64,000 nucleotides of DNA from a candidate division Zixibacteria bacterium CG_4_9_14_3_um_filter_46_8 (lineage in GTDB: Bacteria; Zixibacteria; MSB-5A5; UM-FILTER-46-8), in assembly GCA_002791595.1 (NCBI GenBank), contig PFXJ01000025.1, positions 19,880 through 83,879 on the forward strand. Direction: 5' to 3'. Of the stretch, positions 48,399-59,557 are shown piece after piece (the first letter of the stretch is position 1; each line of letters starts with the position of its first letter). The notes beneath the pieces are model-generated. The model searched no databases. It was not told where the DNA came from and was given only the letters and a program-made list of their open reading frames with translations. The translations under genes and the position numbers were made by a program.

Positions 48399-48803
48399 TT
48401 ATTGTAGAGAGGAAGGATTGAAGCTGTCGGGAAGCAATTGCCCCAATCTAAAGATATGGAAGTCTCCACCCGATGAGCAGATAATTGGGCAGTCATCGTC
48501 GGCAAATTCCCGAATTACCTGACGGCAGGCGCCGCAGGGAGTCACGATTTTCCCGCCATCGACCACTACTGCAACCGCTTCAATTTTCGATTTCCCCTCC
48601 GTAACCATATTATATACCGCATTTCGTTCGGCGCAAATAGTCAATCCGTATGAAGCATTTTCCACATTGCATCCGGTGAAAACACTGCCATCTATCGACC
48701 TGACCGCTGCCCCCACCTTGAATCTGGAGTAAGGTGAATAAGAATTTTCGAGCGCTTTGAACGCCGCTTTCACCAACTGCAAATCAATTTCGGATATCTC
48801 CAT
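48399..48803 (-). CDS. cdd: Cytidine deaminase (homotetrameric type)
   Basis: YSPYS, NVEN, CAER, PCGACRQ; start ATG 48803. Confidence 0.96.
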   Translation of the reverse strand: MEISEIDLQLVKAAFKALENSYSPYSRFKVGAAVRSIDGSVFTGCNVENASYGLTICAERNAVYNMVTEGKSKIEAVAVVVDGGKIVTPCGACRQVIREFADDDCPIICSSGGDFHIFRLGQLLPDSFNPSSLQ

Positions 48804-49956
48804 AAAAACTCTTGCCCCAGACTGGTCTCTTGGTTTGAAAAATCTCGGAAATCGTGGCGCCCAAGTCCGAGAAAGTCTTCCTGATTCCCAAGTCCACGCC
48901 CTTTCTAATGGAATTTCCATACACGACCAAAGGGACATACTCGCGAGAATGGTCTGTGGATGTGGTAGTGGGATCACAGCCATGATCCGCAGTAATTATC
49001 AGCAGGTCCTCACCGGTTATTTTATTCATAATGCGAGGCAGGAATTCATCAAATTTTTCAAGGCCATCGCCGAAGGCCTCATAATTATTGCGATGACCCC
49101 AGAGCATATCGAAATCGACCAAATTCGCGAATATCAAGCCCTGCAAATCCTTACACATCGATCTCTCGATAGTTTCCATCACATCTTCATTATTTTCAGT
49201 ATGCAAGACAGTTTGGATGCCCTCCCCAGCAAAAAGATCATTTATCTTGCCTATGGCAATGACTGGCACGCCTTCACCATGCAAATAATCCAATACCGTT
49301 CTTTTGGGAGGTTTCAGCGAAAAATCACGCCGCTCCGGAGTACGATAGAATGAGCCGGCAGAGCCGGCAAAAGGCCGGGCGATGACACGTCCCACACCGT
49401 GCTCTCCCTTAAGCATTTCACGGGCCACTTTCGATACCCTATATAACTCATCCAGCGGCACCATATCTTTATGAGCGGCGATCTGAAAAACTGAATCCGC
49501 TGAAGTATATACTATTAACTTGCGGGTCAGTAGATGCTCTTCACCAAGCTCTTTGATTATTTCGGTGCCGGATGCAGGTTTATTGCCAATTACCCCATAA
49601 CCAGCCAATTCGGTGAATCTTTCGAGGAGTTCCTTGGGGAAACCGTGAGGATAAACCGGAAATGGTTTTTCCAGGACAAGACCCATCAATTCCCAGTGGC
49701 CAGTCGTCGAATCCTTCCCCGGTGAAAGTTCAGCCATTTTGCCATAACAACCTATGGCGTCTATATCACTCGGGACACCGCAAATCTCATGTATTTTGCC
49801 AAGTCCCAATGATGCCAGATTCGGAAGATTTAGGCCCCCAAGAACCGAGGCGAGGTTTCCCAAAGTATCCGAACCCGCATCGCCATATTGGTCAGCGTCC
49901 GGAAGTTCGCCAACACCGCAAGCATCAAGAATGATAAGTACTATCCTTCTGACCAT
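48784..49956 (-). CDS. deoB: Phosphopentomutase
   Basis: GKDSTTGHWE, YTSADSV, GRVIARPF, GHR, TADHG, DHSRE. Confidence 0.97.
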   Translation of the reverse strand: MVRRIVLIILDACGVGELPDADQYGDAGSDTLGNLASVLGGLNLPNLASLGLGKIHEICGVPSDIDAIGCYGKMAELSPGKDSTTGHWELMGLVLEKPFPVYPHGFPKELLERFTELAGYGVIGNKPASGTEIIKELGEEHLLTRKLIVYTSADSVFQIAAHKDMVPLDELYRVSKVAREMLKGEHGVGRVIARPFAGSAGSFYRTPERRDFSLKPPKRTVLDYLHGEGVPVIAIGKINDLFAGEGIQTVLHTENNEDVMETIERSMCKDLQGLIFANLVDFDMLWGHRNNYEAFGDGLEKFDEFLPRIMNKITGEDLLIITADHGCDPTTTSTDHSREYVPLVVYGNSIRKGVDLGIRKTFSDLGATISEIFQTKRPVWGKSFYGDIRN

Positions 49957-50051
49957 CTACAAATATAAATGCACCATTTTATGACGGCGGATTTTTCAAA
50001 AACAGTATTTCTAATCAGCAAATTGGAAACACATTACCCAATTTCTATGCC

Positions 50052-50486
50052 TTATTGGGCGGCAGAAGAATCCTTTTGGGCTTTGGCTTTCTCGCCTTTT
50101 TTCTTATCAGATTCCTCTGGAATGGTTGGCTTATAATTAACCAGTTCGACCAGGGAGAGTGAGGCATTATCTCCCTTGCGGTGACCCCATTTTACGATTC
50201 TAGTATAGCCGCCGTTACGGTTAGAGAAATCAACGGCAATGACATTAAATAATTTCTTAAGAACGGCTCTATCCCTAATGGTCTGGTTAGCCATACGGCG
50301 GGCATGAACAGTATTGCTCTTGCCCTTGGTGATCATACCATCAACCAGCGATTTCAACACTTTAGCGCGCGAATCCGTGGTTGTAACTCTGCCATGATCC
50401 AACAGAGAAGTGACCATATTCCGCATCATTGCCAGGCGGTGGTTTCTCTTCACCCCCAGTTTTCTAACAGTTCTATTATGTCTCAT
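50052..50486 (-). CDS. rplQ: 50S ribosomal protein L17
   Basis: MRH, RNGGYTRI, GDNA. Confidence 0.97.
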   Translation of the reverse strand: MRHNRTVRKLGVKRNHRLAMMRNMVTSLLDHGRVTTTDSRAKVLKSLVDGMITKGKSNTVHARRMANQTIRDRAVLKKLFNVIAVDFSNRNGGYTRIVKWGHRKGDNASLSLVELVNYKPTIPEESDKKKGEKAKAQKDSSAAQ

Positions 50487-50519
50487 TTATACTACCTCTG
50501 CTCAGATCCTTATTAAAAG

Positions 50520-51509
50520 TTACAACGATTCGGGGGTCCCTTCCAGGTACTTGCTTACATCCATCCCAAAAGCCAATTTCATCTCAGCGAGAATGGCATT
50601 TAACTCAGTCAGAGACTTGCGACCGAAATTACGGTACTTCAGCATATCTGATTCGCTTCTTTGGACAAGATCGGCAATCGTGATGATATTTGCCGCTCGA
50701 AGGCAATTGGACGAACGCACGGAAAGCTCCAGTTCATCGACTCGCATTCCCAAGAGGCCCCTGACGCGAACGGTCTCCGGAGCTTCGGTGACATCCTTAG
50801 TGGCCTCGCTTTCATCCTCAGGGCGAATAAATATCCTCAGATGATCAAAAATCGATTTGGCGGCAAAGGTCAAGGATTCTTCGGGTTTGATGGAACCATC
50901 AGTCCATATCTCGATGATGAGATGGTCATAGTCAGTTCGTTGGCCGATACGAGCATTTTCCACCTTGTAATTCACTCGGGTGACAGGAGAAAAGAGCGAA
51001 TCAACGAATATTGTTCCTATGGGAGACTCCAGAGTTTTATGAGACTCGGAGGGCTCATAGCCACGTCCAGACCCCACATCCATTTCCATACGAAAATGAA
51101 CGTCCTCGGTCAACTTGACGATATGCAATTCCGGGTTTAATAGCTCGATTTCAGCTTCCAATTCAAAATCGTTCGCAGTATAATCTCCCGGACCCGAAAC
51201 ATCAAGCACCATTTTCTTGGGAGGATCTCCATGAAGCTTCAGGCGGATCTGCTTCACATTCAAAACTATCTGGGTAACATCCTCCAAGACTCCGGGGATT
51301 GTGGCAAATTCATGCTTGACGCCATCAATCCTTATTGCGGTTACGGCGGCTCCCGGAATAGACGAAAGCAGGGTGCGGCGCAAGGCATGGCCCAGCGTCA
51401 GACCATTGCCGCGTTCCAGCGGCTGAATATGAAATTTGGTATAATAATCACTCGCAGTATCAACGTCGATGTTGACTTCCTGCGGCATCTGTAGGCTTTT
51501 CCATTTCAT
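50520..51509 (-). CDS. rpoA: RNA polymerase alpha subunit
   Basis: PLERG, LRRTLLSS, ELSVRS.NCL, NFGRKSL. Confidence 0.98.
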   Translation of the reverse strand: MKWKSLQMPQEVNIDVDTASDYYTKFHIQPLERGNGLTLGHALRRTLLSSIPGAAVTAIRIDGVKHEFATIPGVLEDVTQIVLNVKQIRLKLHGDPPKKMVLDVSGPGDYTANDFELEAEIELLNPELHIVKLTEDVHFRMEMDVGSGRGYEPSESHKTLESPIGTIFVDSLFSPVTRVNYKVENARIGQRTDYDHLIIEIWTDGSIKPEESLTFAAKSIFDHLRIFIRPEDESEATKDVTEAPETVRVRGLLGMRVDELELSVRSSNCLRAANIITIADLVQRSESDMLKYRNFGRKSLTELNAILAEMKLAFGMDVSKYLEGTPESL

Positions 51510-51547
51510 TTATTGAAGGCCCTCCAGGACTTTAATATTTTTTGGAC

Positions 51548-52177
51548 CTATTTAGAGTATAGCTCAACTATTAACTGCTCCTGAACCATTACAGGAATTT
51601 CTTCGCGGCGCGGAATTTCGAGAATCTCTCCTTCAAGTTTGGCTTTATCAACACGAAGCCAAGCTAGATCGGTGCCCCGACCCGAGGACTTAAGAGCCTC
51701 ATGAATTATTTCAAGATTCGCGCTTTTCTCCCGAACCTTAATAATATCCTTCGGTCTCAGATTAAAAGATGGCACATTGACTGTCTTTCCGTTCACACTG
51801 AAGTGCTCATGAAGGACCAGCTGACGGGCGGATTTTCTTGAGGGCGCAAAACCAAGGCGATACACGATGTTATCGAGGCGGCTTTCAAGCAGCACCAATA
51901 GATTTTCACCGGTAATGCCCCGGCCTCGTTCCGCCCTCTTGAAATAATTCCTGAATTGCTTTTCAAAAACGCCGTAAATTCGGCGGACCTTCTGCTTTTC
52001 CCGCAATTGCAACCCATACTCGGACACCTTGCGCCGCATAGTTTGCCCGTGTTGCCCGGGAGCATAAGGCCGGCGATCAAAAGCGCATTTTTCGGAATAG
52101 CAGCGAGCTCCTTTTAAAAACAGCTTCTGCCCCTCCCGGCGACAGAGTTTGCAATTTGCATCGGTATATCTTGCCAT
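51548..52177 (-). CDS. rpsD: 30S ribosomal protein S4
   Basis: MARY start at ATG 52177; [21 protein letters not shown]. Confidence 0.98.
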   Translation of the reverse strand: MARYTDANCKLCRREGQKLFLKGARCYSEKCAFDRRPYAPGQHGQTMRRKVSEYGLQLREKQKVRRIYGVFEKQFRNYFKRAERGRGITGENLLVLLESRLDNIVYRLGFAPSRKSARQLVLHEHFSVNGKTVNVPSFNLRPKDIIKVREKSANLEIIHEALKSSGRGTDLAWLRVDKAKLEGEILEIPRREEIPVMVQEQLIVELYSK

Positions 52178-52211
52178 TAACTCTCCAAATACTCTCTTAT
52201 CTAAACTAAAA

Positions 52212-52604
52212 TTAAACCCGTCTTCGCTTCGGGGGACGGCAACCATTATGAGGAATGGGGGTTACATCGCGAATGGCCATAATCTCCAGGCCTGCGGCTT
52301 GCAACGAGCGTATTGCCGCCTCACGACCGGAACCTGGTCCCTTTACTCTTACCTCCACCCTTTTCAGACCCATCTCGATAGCCTCTTTTGCAGATGCTTG
52401 GGCGGCTAATTGAGCGGCAAAAGGTGTCGATTTCTTGGAACCTTTAAATCCCGCCTTTCCAGCTGAAGCCCAGGAAATGACATTGCCTTTCGTATCGGTC
52501 AGCGCCACGATAGTATTATTAAACGTGGCTTTGATGTGCGCAATGCCCAGGGCATCGATCTTCTTTCCTTTTTTCCTTACTTTCCTCTTTTTAGGTTCGG
52601 CCAA
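52212..52604 (-). CDS. rpsK: 30S ribosomal protein S11
   Basis: [25 protein letters not shown]. Confidence 0.98.
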   Translation of the reverse strand: MAEPKKRKVRKKGKKIDALGIAHIKATFNNTIVALTDTKGNVISWASAGKAGFKGSKKSTPFAAQLAAQASAKEAIEMGLKRVEVRVKGPGSGREAAIRSLQAAGLEIMAIRDVTPIPHNGCRPPKRRRV

Positions 52605-52638
52605 TTTTCCTCCTTACAATTTCCGGGTCATAAATCTA

Positions 52639-53007
52639 TTAGGCCTTGACCCTGCCAATTACCTTCTTGGGTCCCTTACGGGTGCGGGAATTATTCTTGG
52701 TATTTTGTCCCCGAACAGGGAGGCCTCGACGGTGTCGTAATCCTCGATATGAACCGATATCAATCAACCGTTTTATATTCATGGCGATTTCCGTTCGTAG
52801 CTCGCCTTCCACTTTGTGATGAGCATCAATGCTCGCCCTGATCTTGGCGGCATCTTCATCAGTCAATTGGTGAACTCTTGTATCTGGATTTATACCGGTT
52901 TCCTGCAGGATTAGTCTCGCTTTCTGCGCACCTATACCATAAATATAAGTCAGTCCGACTTCAATCCTCTTGTTCTTGGGCAGGTCCACACCTGCTATAC
53001 GTGCCAA
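52639..53007 (-). CDS. rpsM: 30S ribosomal protein S13
   Basis: [23 protein letters not shown]. Confidence 0.98.
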   Translation of the reverse strand: MARIAGVDLPKNKRIEVGLTYIYGIGAQKARLILQETGINPDTRVHQLTDEDAAKIRASIDAHHKVEGELRTEIAMNIKRLIDIGSYRGLRHRRGLPVRGQNTKNNSRTRKGPKKVIGRVKA

Positions 53008-53035
53008 TTAAACCTCCTATCCTTTCTATGAAACA

Positions 53036-53149
53036 TTAACCCTGCCTTTGCTTGTGCTTGGGGTTGGGACAAATCACGCGCACCACGCCTTTACGGCGTA
53101 TAATTTTGCATTTATCGCAACGAACTTTTACTGAAGTGCGAACTTTCAT
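53036..53149 (-). CDS. rpmJ: 50S ribosomal protein L36 (absent from the ORF track)
   Basis: Translated by hand: [37 protein letters not shown]. Confidence 0.97.
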   Translation of the reverse strand: MKVRTSVKVRCDKCKIIRRKGVVRVICPNPKHKQRQG

Positions 53150-53171
53150 ATCATCCTCATTGTCTGGAAAA

Positions 53172-53390
53172 TTATTTATATCTATATACGATGCGACCGC
53201 GATTTAAATCATAAGGCGATAATTCGATGGTAACCCTATCTCCGGGAAGGATTTTAATAAAATGCATCCTCATCTTTCCTGAGATATGTGCCAGTACTCT
53301 ATGGCCATTTTCCAACTCAACTTTAAACATAGCATTAGGCAGTGGTTCTAACACCTTTCCATCTACTGTTATCGCTTCCTCTTTAGCCAT
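53172..53390 (-). CDS. infA: Translation initiation factor IF-1
   Basis: MAKEEAI, LPNAMF, HISGKMR, SPYDL. Confidence 0.98.
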   Translation of the reverse strand: MAKEEAITVDGKVLEPLPNAMFKVELENGHRVLAHISGKMRMHFIKILPGDRVTIELSPYDLNRGRIVYRYK

Positions 53391-53394
53391 ATCG

Positions 53395-54144
53395 TTAATT
53401 GCCAATGGTGAGAATCCTGGGACCATTCACCGTTATGGCGATAGTATGCTCAAAATGCGCTGATGGCTGCTTATCCTTCGTAACAATGGTCCATTTGTCT
53501 TCGAGCGTCTCAACCTTCCAAGTTCCAATGTTAACCATAGGTTCGATTGCCAGGGTCATCCCGGGTTGGAGCACTGGGCCATTGCCGGGTCTGCCGAAAT
53601 TAGGGATCTGGGGATCCTCATGCATCTGCTTTCCAATACCATGACCTACCAGTTCCCTGACCACCGAATATCCGTAAGACTCAACAAAATCCTGTATGAC
53701 AAAAGATATATCTGAAAGACGATTACCGGCGCGAGCCATCCCGATGCCTTTATCCAATGCCTTCCGCGTGACTTCCAGAAGCTTTTCCTTTTCAGGATCA
53801 CCCGGAGGCAATAAATAACTACGGGCAGAATCTCCATAATAGCCATTCTTTAATACACCGATATCTACCGAAACCAGGTCTGCTTCAGATATTTCACGCT
53901 CACCGGGGATACCATGGACTACCTCTTCATTTATCGATACACAAATGTTAGCGGGGTAACCACCATATCCCTTAAATGCCGCAATTCCTCCATTGGCCTT
54001 AATGTAATCATTCACTTTGGCATCAAGTTGTCTGGTTGTAACGCCAGGTTTCAATATTTCCTCTATTTCTCCAAAACAGCCAGCGACAATTCGCCCAGCT
54101 TGGGCCATCAATTCGATTTCCTCTGGCTTCTTTATCGTAATCAT
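53395..54144 (-). CDS. map: Methionine aminopeptidase type I
   Basis: VVHGIP, GHGIG, HEDP, IEPM, HFEHT. Confidence 0.97.
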   Translation of the reverse strand: MITIKKPEEIELMAQAGRIVAGCFGEIEEILKPGVTTRQLDAKVNDYIKANGGIAAFKGYGGYPANICVSINEEVVHGIPGEREISEADLVSVDIGVLKNGYYGDSARSYLLPPGDPEKEKLLEVTRKALDKGIGMARAGNRLSDISFVIQDFVESYGYSVVRELVGHGIGKQMHEDPQIPNFGRPGNGPVLQPGMTLAIEPMVNIGTWKVETLEDKWTIVTKDKQPSAHFEHTIAITVNGPRILTIGN

Positions 54145-54151
54145 TTCAGCC

Positions 54152-54811
54152 TTAAGAAATTGCCGCTAATATATCGTGAGTTATTTCATCAAATCCACGA
54201 TTTGCCGCAATTACTTTGAGTAAGCCGCGTCTCTTATAAAAAGCCTCTATCGGAGAGGCAAGATCATGATAGACCTTGAGACGATTTTCGATAACTTCCT
54301 TCCTGTCATCGTTTCTTTGCACCAAAGGACCGCCGCAATTATCGCAAACTCCGCTTTGGGAGGGAGGCTTAGTCCTCAGATTAAAATCTGTCTTGCAACT
54401 GGCGCAAAAGACACGTGCCGTGAGCCGTTCTACTATCGCCTGGTCGGGAACATCAAGCTTAATTGCGCAATCAAGTTTGACCTTCAATTTCCCGAAAAGT
54501 TCTTCAAGACCTTCTGCCTGCGGCATAGTCCTTGGGAAACCATCAAGGATGAATGACCTGGCAGTTTCATCGTCCGAAAGAATCTCCTCTACTATCCCGA
54601 GTAAAACCTCGTCCGGAACCAATTCACCGGCATCCATAAATTTCTTGGCTTTCAGACCCAGGTCAGTTCCCGCAACCGCCGCTTCGCGCAGGATATCGCC
54701 GGTGGATATATGCTTAGCTTTGTTTCTGGTTGCGATTATTTTAGCTTGGGCTCCCTTTCCCGATCCCGGTGGACCAAGAAATATCAATCTCAACGCTTCT
54801 TGGGTCTCCAA
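54152..54811 (-). CDS. adk: Adenylate kinase (zinc-lid type)
   Basis: GPPGSGKG, LDGFPRT, lid CASC...CDNC. Confidence 0.96.
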   Translation of the reverse strand: METQEALRLIFLGPPGSGKGAQAKIIATRNKAKHISTGDILREAAVAGTDLGLKAKKFMDAGELVPDEVLLGIVEEILSDDETARSFILDGFPRTMPQAEGLEELFGKLKVKLDCAIKLDVPDQAIVERLTARVFCASCKTDFNLRTKPPSQSGVCDNCGGPLVQRNDDRKEVIENRLKVYHDLASPIEAFYKRRGLLKVIAANRGFDEITHDILAAIS

Positions 54812-54813
54812 CT

Positions 54814-56127
54814 CTAGGCGTACCTGCCTCTCATCCGACCCTTCTTCATAAATCCATCATAATGACGCATAATAAGATGAGACTCAATCTGTTGCAATGT
54901 ATCAAGTGCTACACCGACCACAATGAGCAAGCCCGTGCCTCCGAAATAGAATGAGACATTAAAAATGCGCGACATTATGTTGGGCATTATTGCTATCAAG
55001 GCGAAGAATACCGCTCCCGGCAATGTAATCCTGGTAAGTACCCGGTCGATATACTCCGATGTTCGTTTTCCTGGACGGATTCCCGGGATAAAGCCCCCAT
55101 TCTTCTTCATATTGTCCGCCAAGTCCACTGGATTGAAGACGATAGCCGTATAAAAATAGGCGAAGAATATGATCAAGAGCCCGTAAATCGTATTATAGAT
55201 TACGTGTCCAGGTGCGAACCAACCGGCAATATTGCCCATAAATTCCGAATTGGGGAAAAATGAGGTCAAAGTGCTTGGAGCAAACATAATAGATTGGGCA
55301 AAGATGATTGGAATAATACCTGCCGAGTTAACCGAAAGCGGTATGTGGGTGGCTTGACCACCATAAACCTTGCGTCCAACAACTCGCTTTGCATACTGCA
55401 CCGGGATTTTTCTTATTGAGCGGGTTGCAACCACAATCGCCGCAATCACAGCTATCATCAAGGCAATAATGATAAGTTCCGACACAATATTACGTTGACC
55501 GCCAATGAATAGTCGGGCTTCGTCCATCACGGCCTGAGGGAATCTCGCGACAATCCCTATAAAAATGATAAGTGAAATTCCATTGCCAATTCCCTTTTCT
55601 GTAATCTGCTCACCCAACCACATAATAAATATACAGCCGGAAGTAAAAGTTAACATTGTAAGCAACTTAAAACCCATACCGGGGACAGGGACTACCTTCA
55701 AGCCAGACGATGTTGTAATGGACTCCAGGAACACGCTTGTTCCCATCGCCTGCAGAGCGGCAATCAGGACAGTTCCGTATCTGGTATACTGCGTTATCTT
55801 CCGCCTACCTTCTTCACCTTCTTTTTGGAGCTTTTGGAAGTAGGGAATCACGGAACCCATTAACTGGATTATGATTGATGCCGAAATATATGGCATTATA
55901 CCCAGGGAAAAAATTGTGGCCTTACTGAAGGCTCCGCCAACGAACATATCATATAAACCGAACAAGGAACCCTGCGCCTGGGAGAAAAATTCGCCCAGAG
56001 CCTTAGGGTCAATACCGGGGGTCGGAACGTGCCCGCCGATTCTATAGACAATGAGAATGCCAAGCGTAAAAAGAATTCGCTCTCGGAGTTCCTGGATTTT
56101 GAAAATCGAGCGGAAGCTTTTTATCAC
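54814..56127 (-). CDS. secY: Preprotein translocase subunit SecY
   Basis: LGIMPYISASII, GIGNGIS, IPGIRPG, FGGTGLLIVV. Confidence 0.98.
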   Translation of the reverse strand: MIKSFRSIFKIQELRERILFTLGILIVYRIGGHVPTPGIDPKALGEFFSQAQGSLFGLYDMFVGGAFSKATIFSLGIMPYISASIIIQLMGSVIPYFQKLQKEGEEGRRKITQYTRYGTVLIAALQAMGTSVFLESITTSSGLKVVPVPGMGFKLLTMLTFTSGCIFIMWLGEQITEKGIGNGISLIIFIGIVARFPQAVMDEARLFIGGQRNIVSELIIIALMIAVIAAIVVATRSIRKIPVQYAKRVVGRKVYGGQATHIPLSVNSAGIIPIIFAQSIMFAPSTLTSFFPNSEFMGNIAGWFAPGHVIYNTIYGLLIIFFAYFYTAIVFNPVDLADNMKKNGGFIPGIRPGKRTSEYIDRVLTRITLPGAVFFALIAIMPNIMSRIFNVSFYFGGTGLLIVVGVALDTLQQIESHLIMRHYDGFMKKGRMRGRYA

Positions 56128-56567
56128 TGTATGACCTCCACTTTACCCCCAGCAGCCTCTATCTTTTGGATCGCAGTTTTGCTAAAAGCATGCGCTGAAA
56201 CATTGATGGCTCTGGAAATATCACCCTGTCCCAAAATTTTCACTGGCCGATTCTTCTTGCTGGCCAACCCGGCCTCGTAAATGTCAGCCAATTTAATCGT
56301 ATTTCCTTCCAACTGGCTTAGGGCTTCCAAATTTACTGGTTGAAATTCCGTCTTAAATATATTTACAAAGCCTCGTTTGGGAAGTCTCCTCTGCAGAGGC
56401 ATCTGGCCGCCTTCGGAATAAGCTTTAAACTTGTACCCACTACGAGCTTTCTGTCCTTTATGACCCTTTCCGGAAGTCTTTCCTGTACCAGAGCCAGGTC
56501 CCCTCCCCAATCTTTTCCTGCTCTTAACCGAACCTTTTGGCCGTCTTATTTCTCCTAATCTCATCAT
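56124..56567 (-). CDS. rplO: 50S ribosomal protein L15
   Basis: GRGPGSG.GKT, EGGQMPL.RRLPKRGF. Confidence 0.97.
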   Translation of the reverse strand: MMRLGEIRRPKGSVKSRKRLGRGPGSGTGKTSGKGHKGQKARSGYKFKAYSEGGQMPLQRRLPKRGFVNIFKTEFQPVNLEALSQLEGNTIKLADIYEAGLASKKNRPVKILGQGDISRAINVSAHAFSKTAIQKIEAAGGKVEVIQ

Positions 56568-56576
56568 TACCTCTGG

Positions 56577-56771
56577 CTATTTCCCCCGATCCTGTTTTTC
56601 TACTCTCACCAGATGCTTAACCTTGTCAACCATTCCCATAATGGTTGGCGAATCTTCATGAGTGACGGTTTGATGCATCCTATGGATACCTAAAGCGATC
56701 AAAACCCTCTTCTGGTTTTGAATACGTCCAACGCCGCTTCTAATCTGAGTAATTCTAATCTTCATATTCAT
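56577..56771 (-). CDS. rpmD: 50S ribosomal protein L30
   Basis: [18 protein letters not shown]; expected position in spc operon. Confidence 0.95.
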   Translation of the reverse strand: MNMKIRITQIRSGVGRIQNQKRVLIALGIHRMHQTVTHEDSPTIMGMVDKVKHLVRVEKQDRGK

Positions 56772-57310
56772 TCACCGTTATCGGAAAAAGTAGCTTCCAA
56801 ACGGGAATCCTTTTCTTTCTCGCGTTCAGCTTGTTCACATCTCATCAATCCAGTGGCCTCTACTTCCTTTAATTTCAGCAAGCCATTCATAGTCGCCTTA
56901 ACGATATTATTCGGATTAGAGGATCCGAGAGATTTCGTCAATACATCAGTGGCTCCGGCCACTTCAAGGACGGCACGGACCCCGCCACCGGCGATTACAC
57001 CTGTGCCTGCGGAAGCCGGCTTGAGCAGAACGCAAGCTGCGCCATAGCGGCCATTGACCTGGTAAGGCAAAGTTCCATTTATAATTGGAACCTCAACCAT
57101 CGACTTATGAGCGGCATCAGTCCCTTTGCGAATTGCCTCCGAAATTTCATTGGCTTTGCCCAATCCAACACCAACTTTCCCGCGACGGTCGCCAGCCACA
57201 ACCAAAGCTGTGAAACTGAAGCGACGACCACCTTTCACAACCTTGGCGACACGACTAATATGAACAACTTTTTCTTGGAATTCTAATAATTCATCATCCT
57301 GCCTGTACAA
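56768..57310 (-). CDS. rpsE: 30S ribosomal protein S5
   Basis: [22 protein letters not shown]. Confidence 0.97.
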   Translation of the reverse strand: MYRQDDELLEFQEKVVHISRVAKVVKGGRRFSFTALVVAGDRRGKVGVGLGKANEISEAIRKGTDAAHKSMVEVPIINGTLPYQVNGRYGAACVLLKPASAGTGVIAGGGVRAVLEVAGATDVLTKSLGSSNPNNIVKATMNGLLKLKEVEATGLMRCEQAEREKEKDSRLEATFSDNGE

Positions 57311-57349
57311 ATCGGTATCCTTTTATTTAATGATTTGGCCACCAGTATT

Positions 57350-57724
57350 CTAAAATTGAAGCCCGCCCTTCCGCGCTCCTTCAGCCAGGGATTTAACCCT
57401 GCCGTGATATCTATAACCCCCGCGATCAAAAATAACCTTCTCGATCCCTTTCTGCTTGGCGATCTCGGCAACGGCAAAACCGACCTTAAAAGCAACATCA
57501 CGCTTCTTGTCCTTGTCGCCAATCTTACCTTTAAGCTCAGGATTTAGATCGGAGACACCGGTGATAGTTTTTCCAGAAATATCATCTACCAATTGTGCAT
57601 AGACATGGCGGGATGATTTGTTGACCAGCAGACGGGGTTTCTGTAATGTGCCCACCATCTTGTGCTTTGATCTAAGCCGACGCCTTTGGAGTTTCCTCCG
57701 TTTTTCAATAGTCTTTATCGCCAT
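57350..57724 (-). CDS. rplR: 50S ribosomal protein L18
   Basis: PRL, FDRGGYRYHGRV, ARKGGLQF. Confidence 0.97.
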   Translation of the reverse strand: MAIKTIEKRRKLQRRRLRSKHKMVGTLQKPRLLVNKSSRHVYAQLVDDISGKTITGVSDLNPELKGKIGDKDKKRDVAFKVGFAVAEIAKQKGIEKVIFDRGGYRYHGRVKSLAEGARKGGLQF

Positions 57725-57751
57725 TGTTCACCCAATAATTCAACCTTTGTG

Positions 57752-58291
57752 CTACGCTCCCGCGGTTTTGCCTGCTTTTCTTCTCACTGTTTCGCCTGCG
57801 TATCTTACTCCCTTGCCCTTATACGGTTCTGGGGGTCTGAATGAGCGGATGAGCGCCGCCGTTTCGCCGACAAGTTGTTTATCGAAACCGGAAATATTAA
57901 TCTTAGTGTTTCCTTCCAGAGTGATTGTTATCCCTGGAGCCGGGGCGATAAGTATTTCATGCGAATAACCCAATGAGAGTTTTAATATTTTGCCCTGCAG
58001 TTCGGCGCGATACCCCACACCCTGAATCTCCAATAGCCGAGTGAATCCAGAAGTAACACCGGTAACCATATTGGCTAATAACGCCCTGGTAAGACCGTGC
58101 AATGATCGATGGAGTTTGGACTCCGAATGCCGCGTCACCCTGATTTTGTTATCTTCGATATTTACATCGACACCCGGCACCAAAGTATAGCCAAGAGCTC
58201 CTTTAGTCCCGGAAATCTCTACACGACGTCCTTTAATCTCGACCTTGGCGCCTTTGGGAATTTCTATCGGTAATTTTCCAATTCGTGACAC
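57752..58291 (-). CDS. rplF: 50S ribosomal protein L6
   Basis: MSRIGK, GVGYRA, PEPYKGKG. Confidence 0.98.
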   Translation of the reverse strand: MSRIGKLPIEIPKGAKVEIKGRRVEISGTKGALGYTLVPGVDVNIEDNKIRVTRHSESKLHRSLHGLTRALLANMVTGVTSGFTRLLEIQGVGYRAELQGKILKLSLGYSHEILIAPAPGITITLEGNTKINISGFDKQLVGETAALIRSFRPPEPYKGKGVRYAGETVRRKAGKTAGA

Positions 58292-58317
58292 TTTAAACCC
58301 TCTTCAATTATGTAGCA

Positions 58318-58716
58318 TCACCATATTCTGCAGATGGCTTCACCGCCAATGCCGCGTTTTATGGCCTCTTCCTCGGCCAGGACTCCCTGCGAAGTGGATA
58401 TGATGATGGTTCCGAGATACCTACTCATCGCTTTTAGGTCATCTTTAGCCAAATATGTGCGGCGACCAGGGCTGCTGACTCTTGACATCCCCGAAAAGAC
58501 ACTCTGGTGATCAAGAGTATATCTCATCCTAATCCGGAGGACACCTTGCTTGTTATCGGGAATCACAGCATACTTCGAGATAAAATCTCTCTCCACCAAA
58601 ATCCTGGCAATCTGCTCCTTGATTTTCGAATTAGGAATATCAACAAATCGCTTCTTGGCTTTTGAAGCATTGCGTATTCTGGTAAGCATATCCGCTATGG
58701 GATCGGTCATACACAT
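58318..58716 (-). CDS. rpsH: 30S ribosomal protein S8
   Basis: DPIADMLTRIRN, SSPGRR, STSQG. Confidence 0.97.
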   Translation of the reverse strand: MCMTDPIADMLTRIRNASKAKKRFVDIPNSKIKEQIARILVERDFISKYAVIPDNKQGVLRIRMRYTLDHQSVFSGMSRVSSPGRRTYLAKDDLKAMSRYLGTIIISTSQGVLAEEEAIKRGIGGEAICRIW

Positions 58717-58753
58717 AAATAAATTCCTCCGTTATCCTGTTGTCTTGAACCCA

Positions 58754-58939
58754 TCACCAGCTGGCCTTCACCACGCCCGGAATATCTCCTTTGAGCGCCA
58801 GTAAACGGAAGCATATCCTACAGAGGCCAAATCGACGCAGATAACCACGAGGCCTGCCGCAGATATGACAACGATTATGATGTCTAACCGGGAACTTCGG
58901 CTTGCTTTGCCACTTTTCCATTTTGCATTTTTTAGCCAT
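58754..58939 (-). CDS. rpsN: 30S ribosomal protein S14 (zinc-binding type Z)
   Basis: RCHICGRPR...LCRICFR...KASW; 61 aa. Confidence 0.97.
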   Translation of the reverse strand: MAKKCKMEKWQSKPKFPVRHHNRCHICGRPRGYLRRFGLCRICFRLLALKGDIPGVVKASW

Positions 58940-58970
58940 AAATCAATAACTCTTTCTCGCTTGTAATATG

Positions 58971-59540
58971 TTAAGCTGCTGCTGATCCGGCATCACTCCC
59001 GGTCTTTCTGAAAGGCATTCCGAACAGCCTAAGAAGTTCATGGGCCTCATCATCAGTCTTCGCAGTTGTAACAAAGGTGATACTCATTCCTCTAACTTTT
59101 TCTACCTTATCGTAATCTATCTCGGGAAATATGATTTGTTCATTCAACCCAAGGCTGTAACTTCCGCGGCCATCGAAACCATTGGGATTCAATCCCCTGA
59201 AATCGCGGATTCGAGGTACCGCCACGCTTATGAAACGATCAAGAAATTCATACATTCGGGCCCGCCGCAATGTAACGCATGTCCCGATAGCCATTCCGGC
59301 GCGCAATTTGAAATTGGAGATCGATTTCCGGGCACGGGTGATAATCGGTTTCTGGCCCGCGATGGCGGTCAGATCCTTAATAGCCGCTTCCAGCATCTTG
59401 GCATTACCAATCGCCTCTCCTACACCGATGTTAATGACGATTTTCTCCAGCCGCGGCACTTCCATAATATTCTTGCGCCCGAATTTCTTCATCATTGCCA
59501 GCCGTATATCATTATCATAACGGTCTTTTAATCTCACCAT
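58971..59540 (-). CDS. rplE: 50S ribosomal protein L5
   Basis: [23 protein letters not shown]. Confidence 0.98.
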   Translation of the reverse strand: MVRLKDRYDNDIRLAMMKKFGRKNIMEVPRLEKIVINIGVGEAIGNAKMLEAAIKDLTAIAGQKPIITRARKSISNFKLRAGMAIGTCVTLRRARMYEFLDRFISVAVPRIRDFRGLNPNGFDGRGSYSLGLNEQIIFPEIDYDKVEKVRGMSITFVTTAKTDDEAHELLRLFGMPFRKTGSDAGSAAA

Positions 59541-59557
59541 CTCTAAAACCTTTGAAC

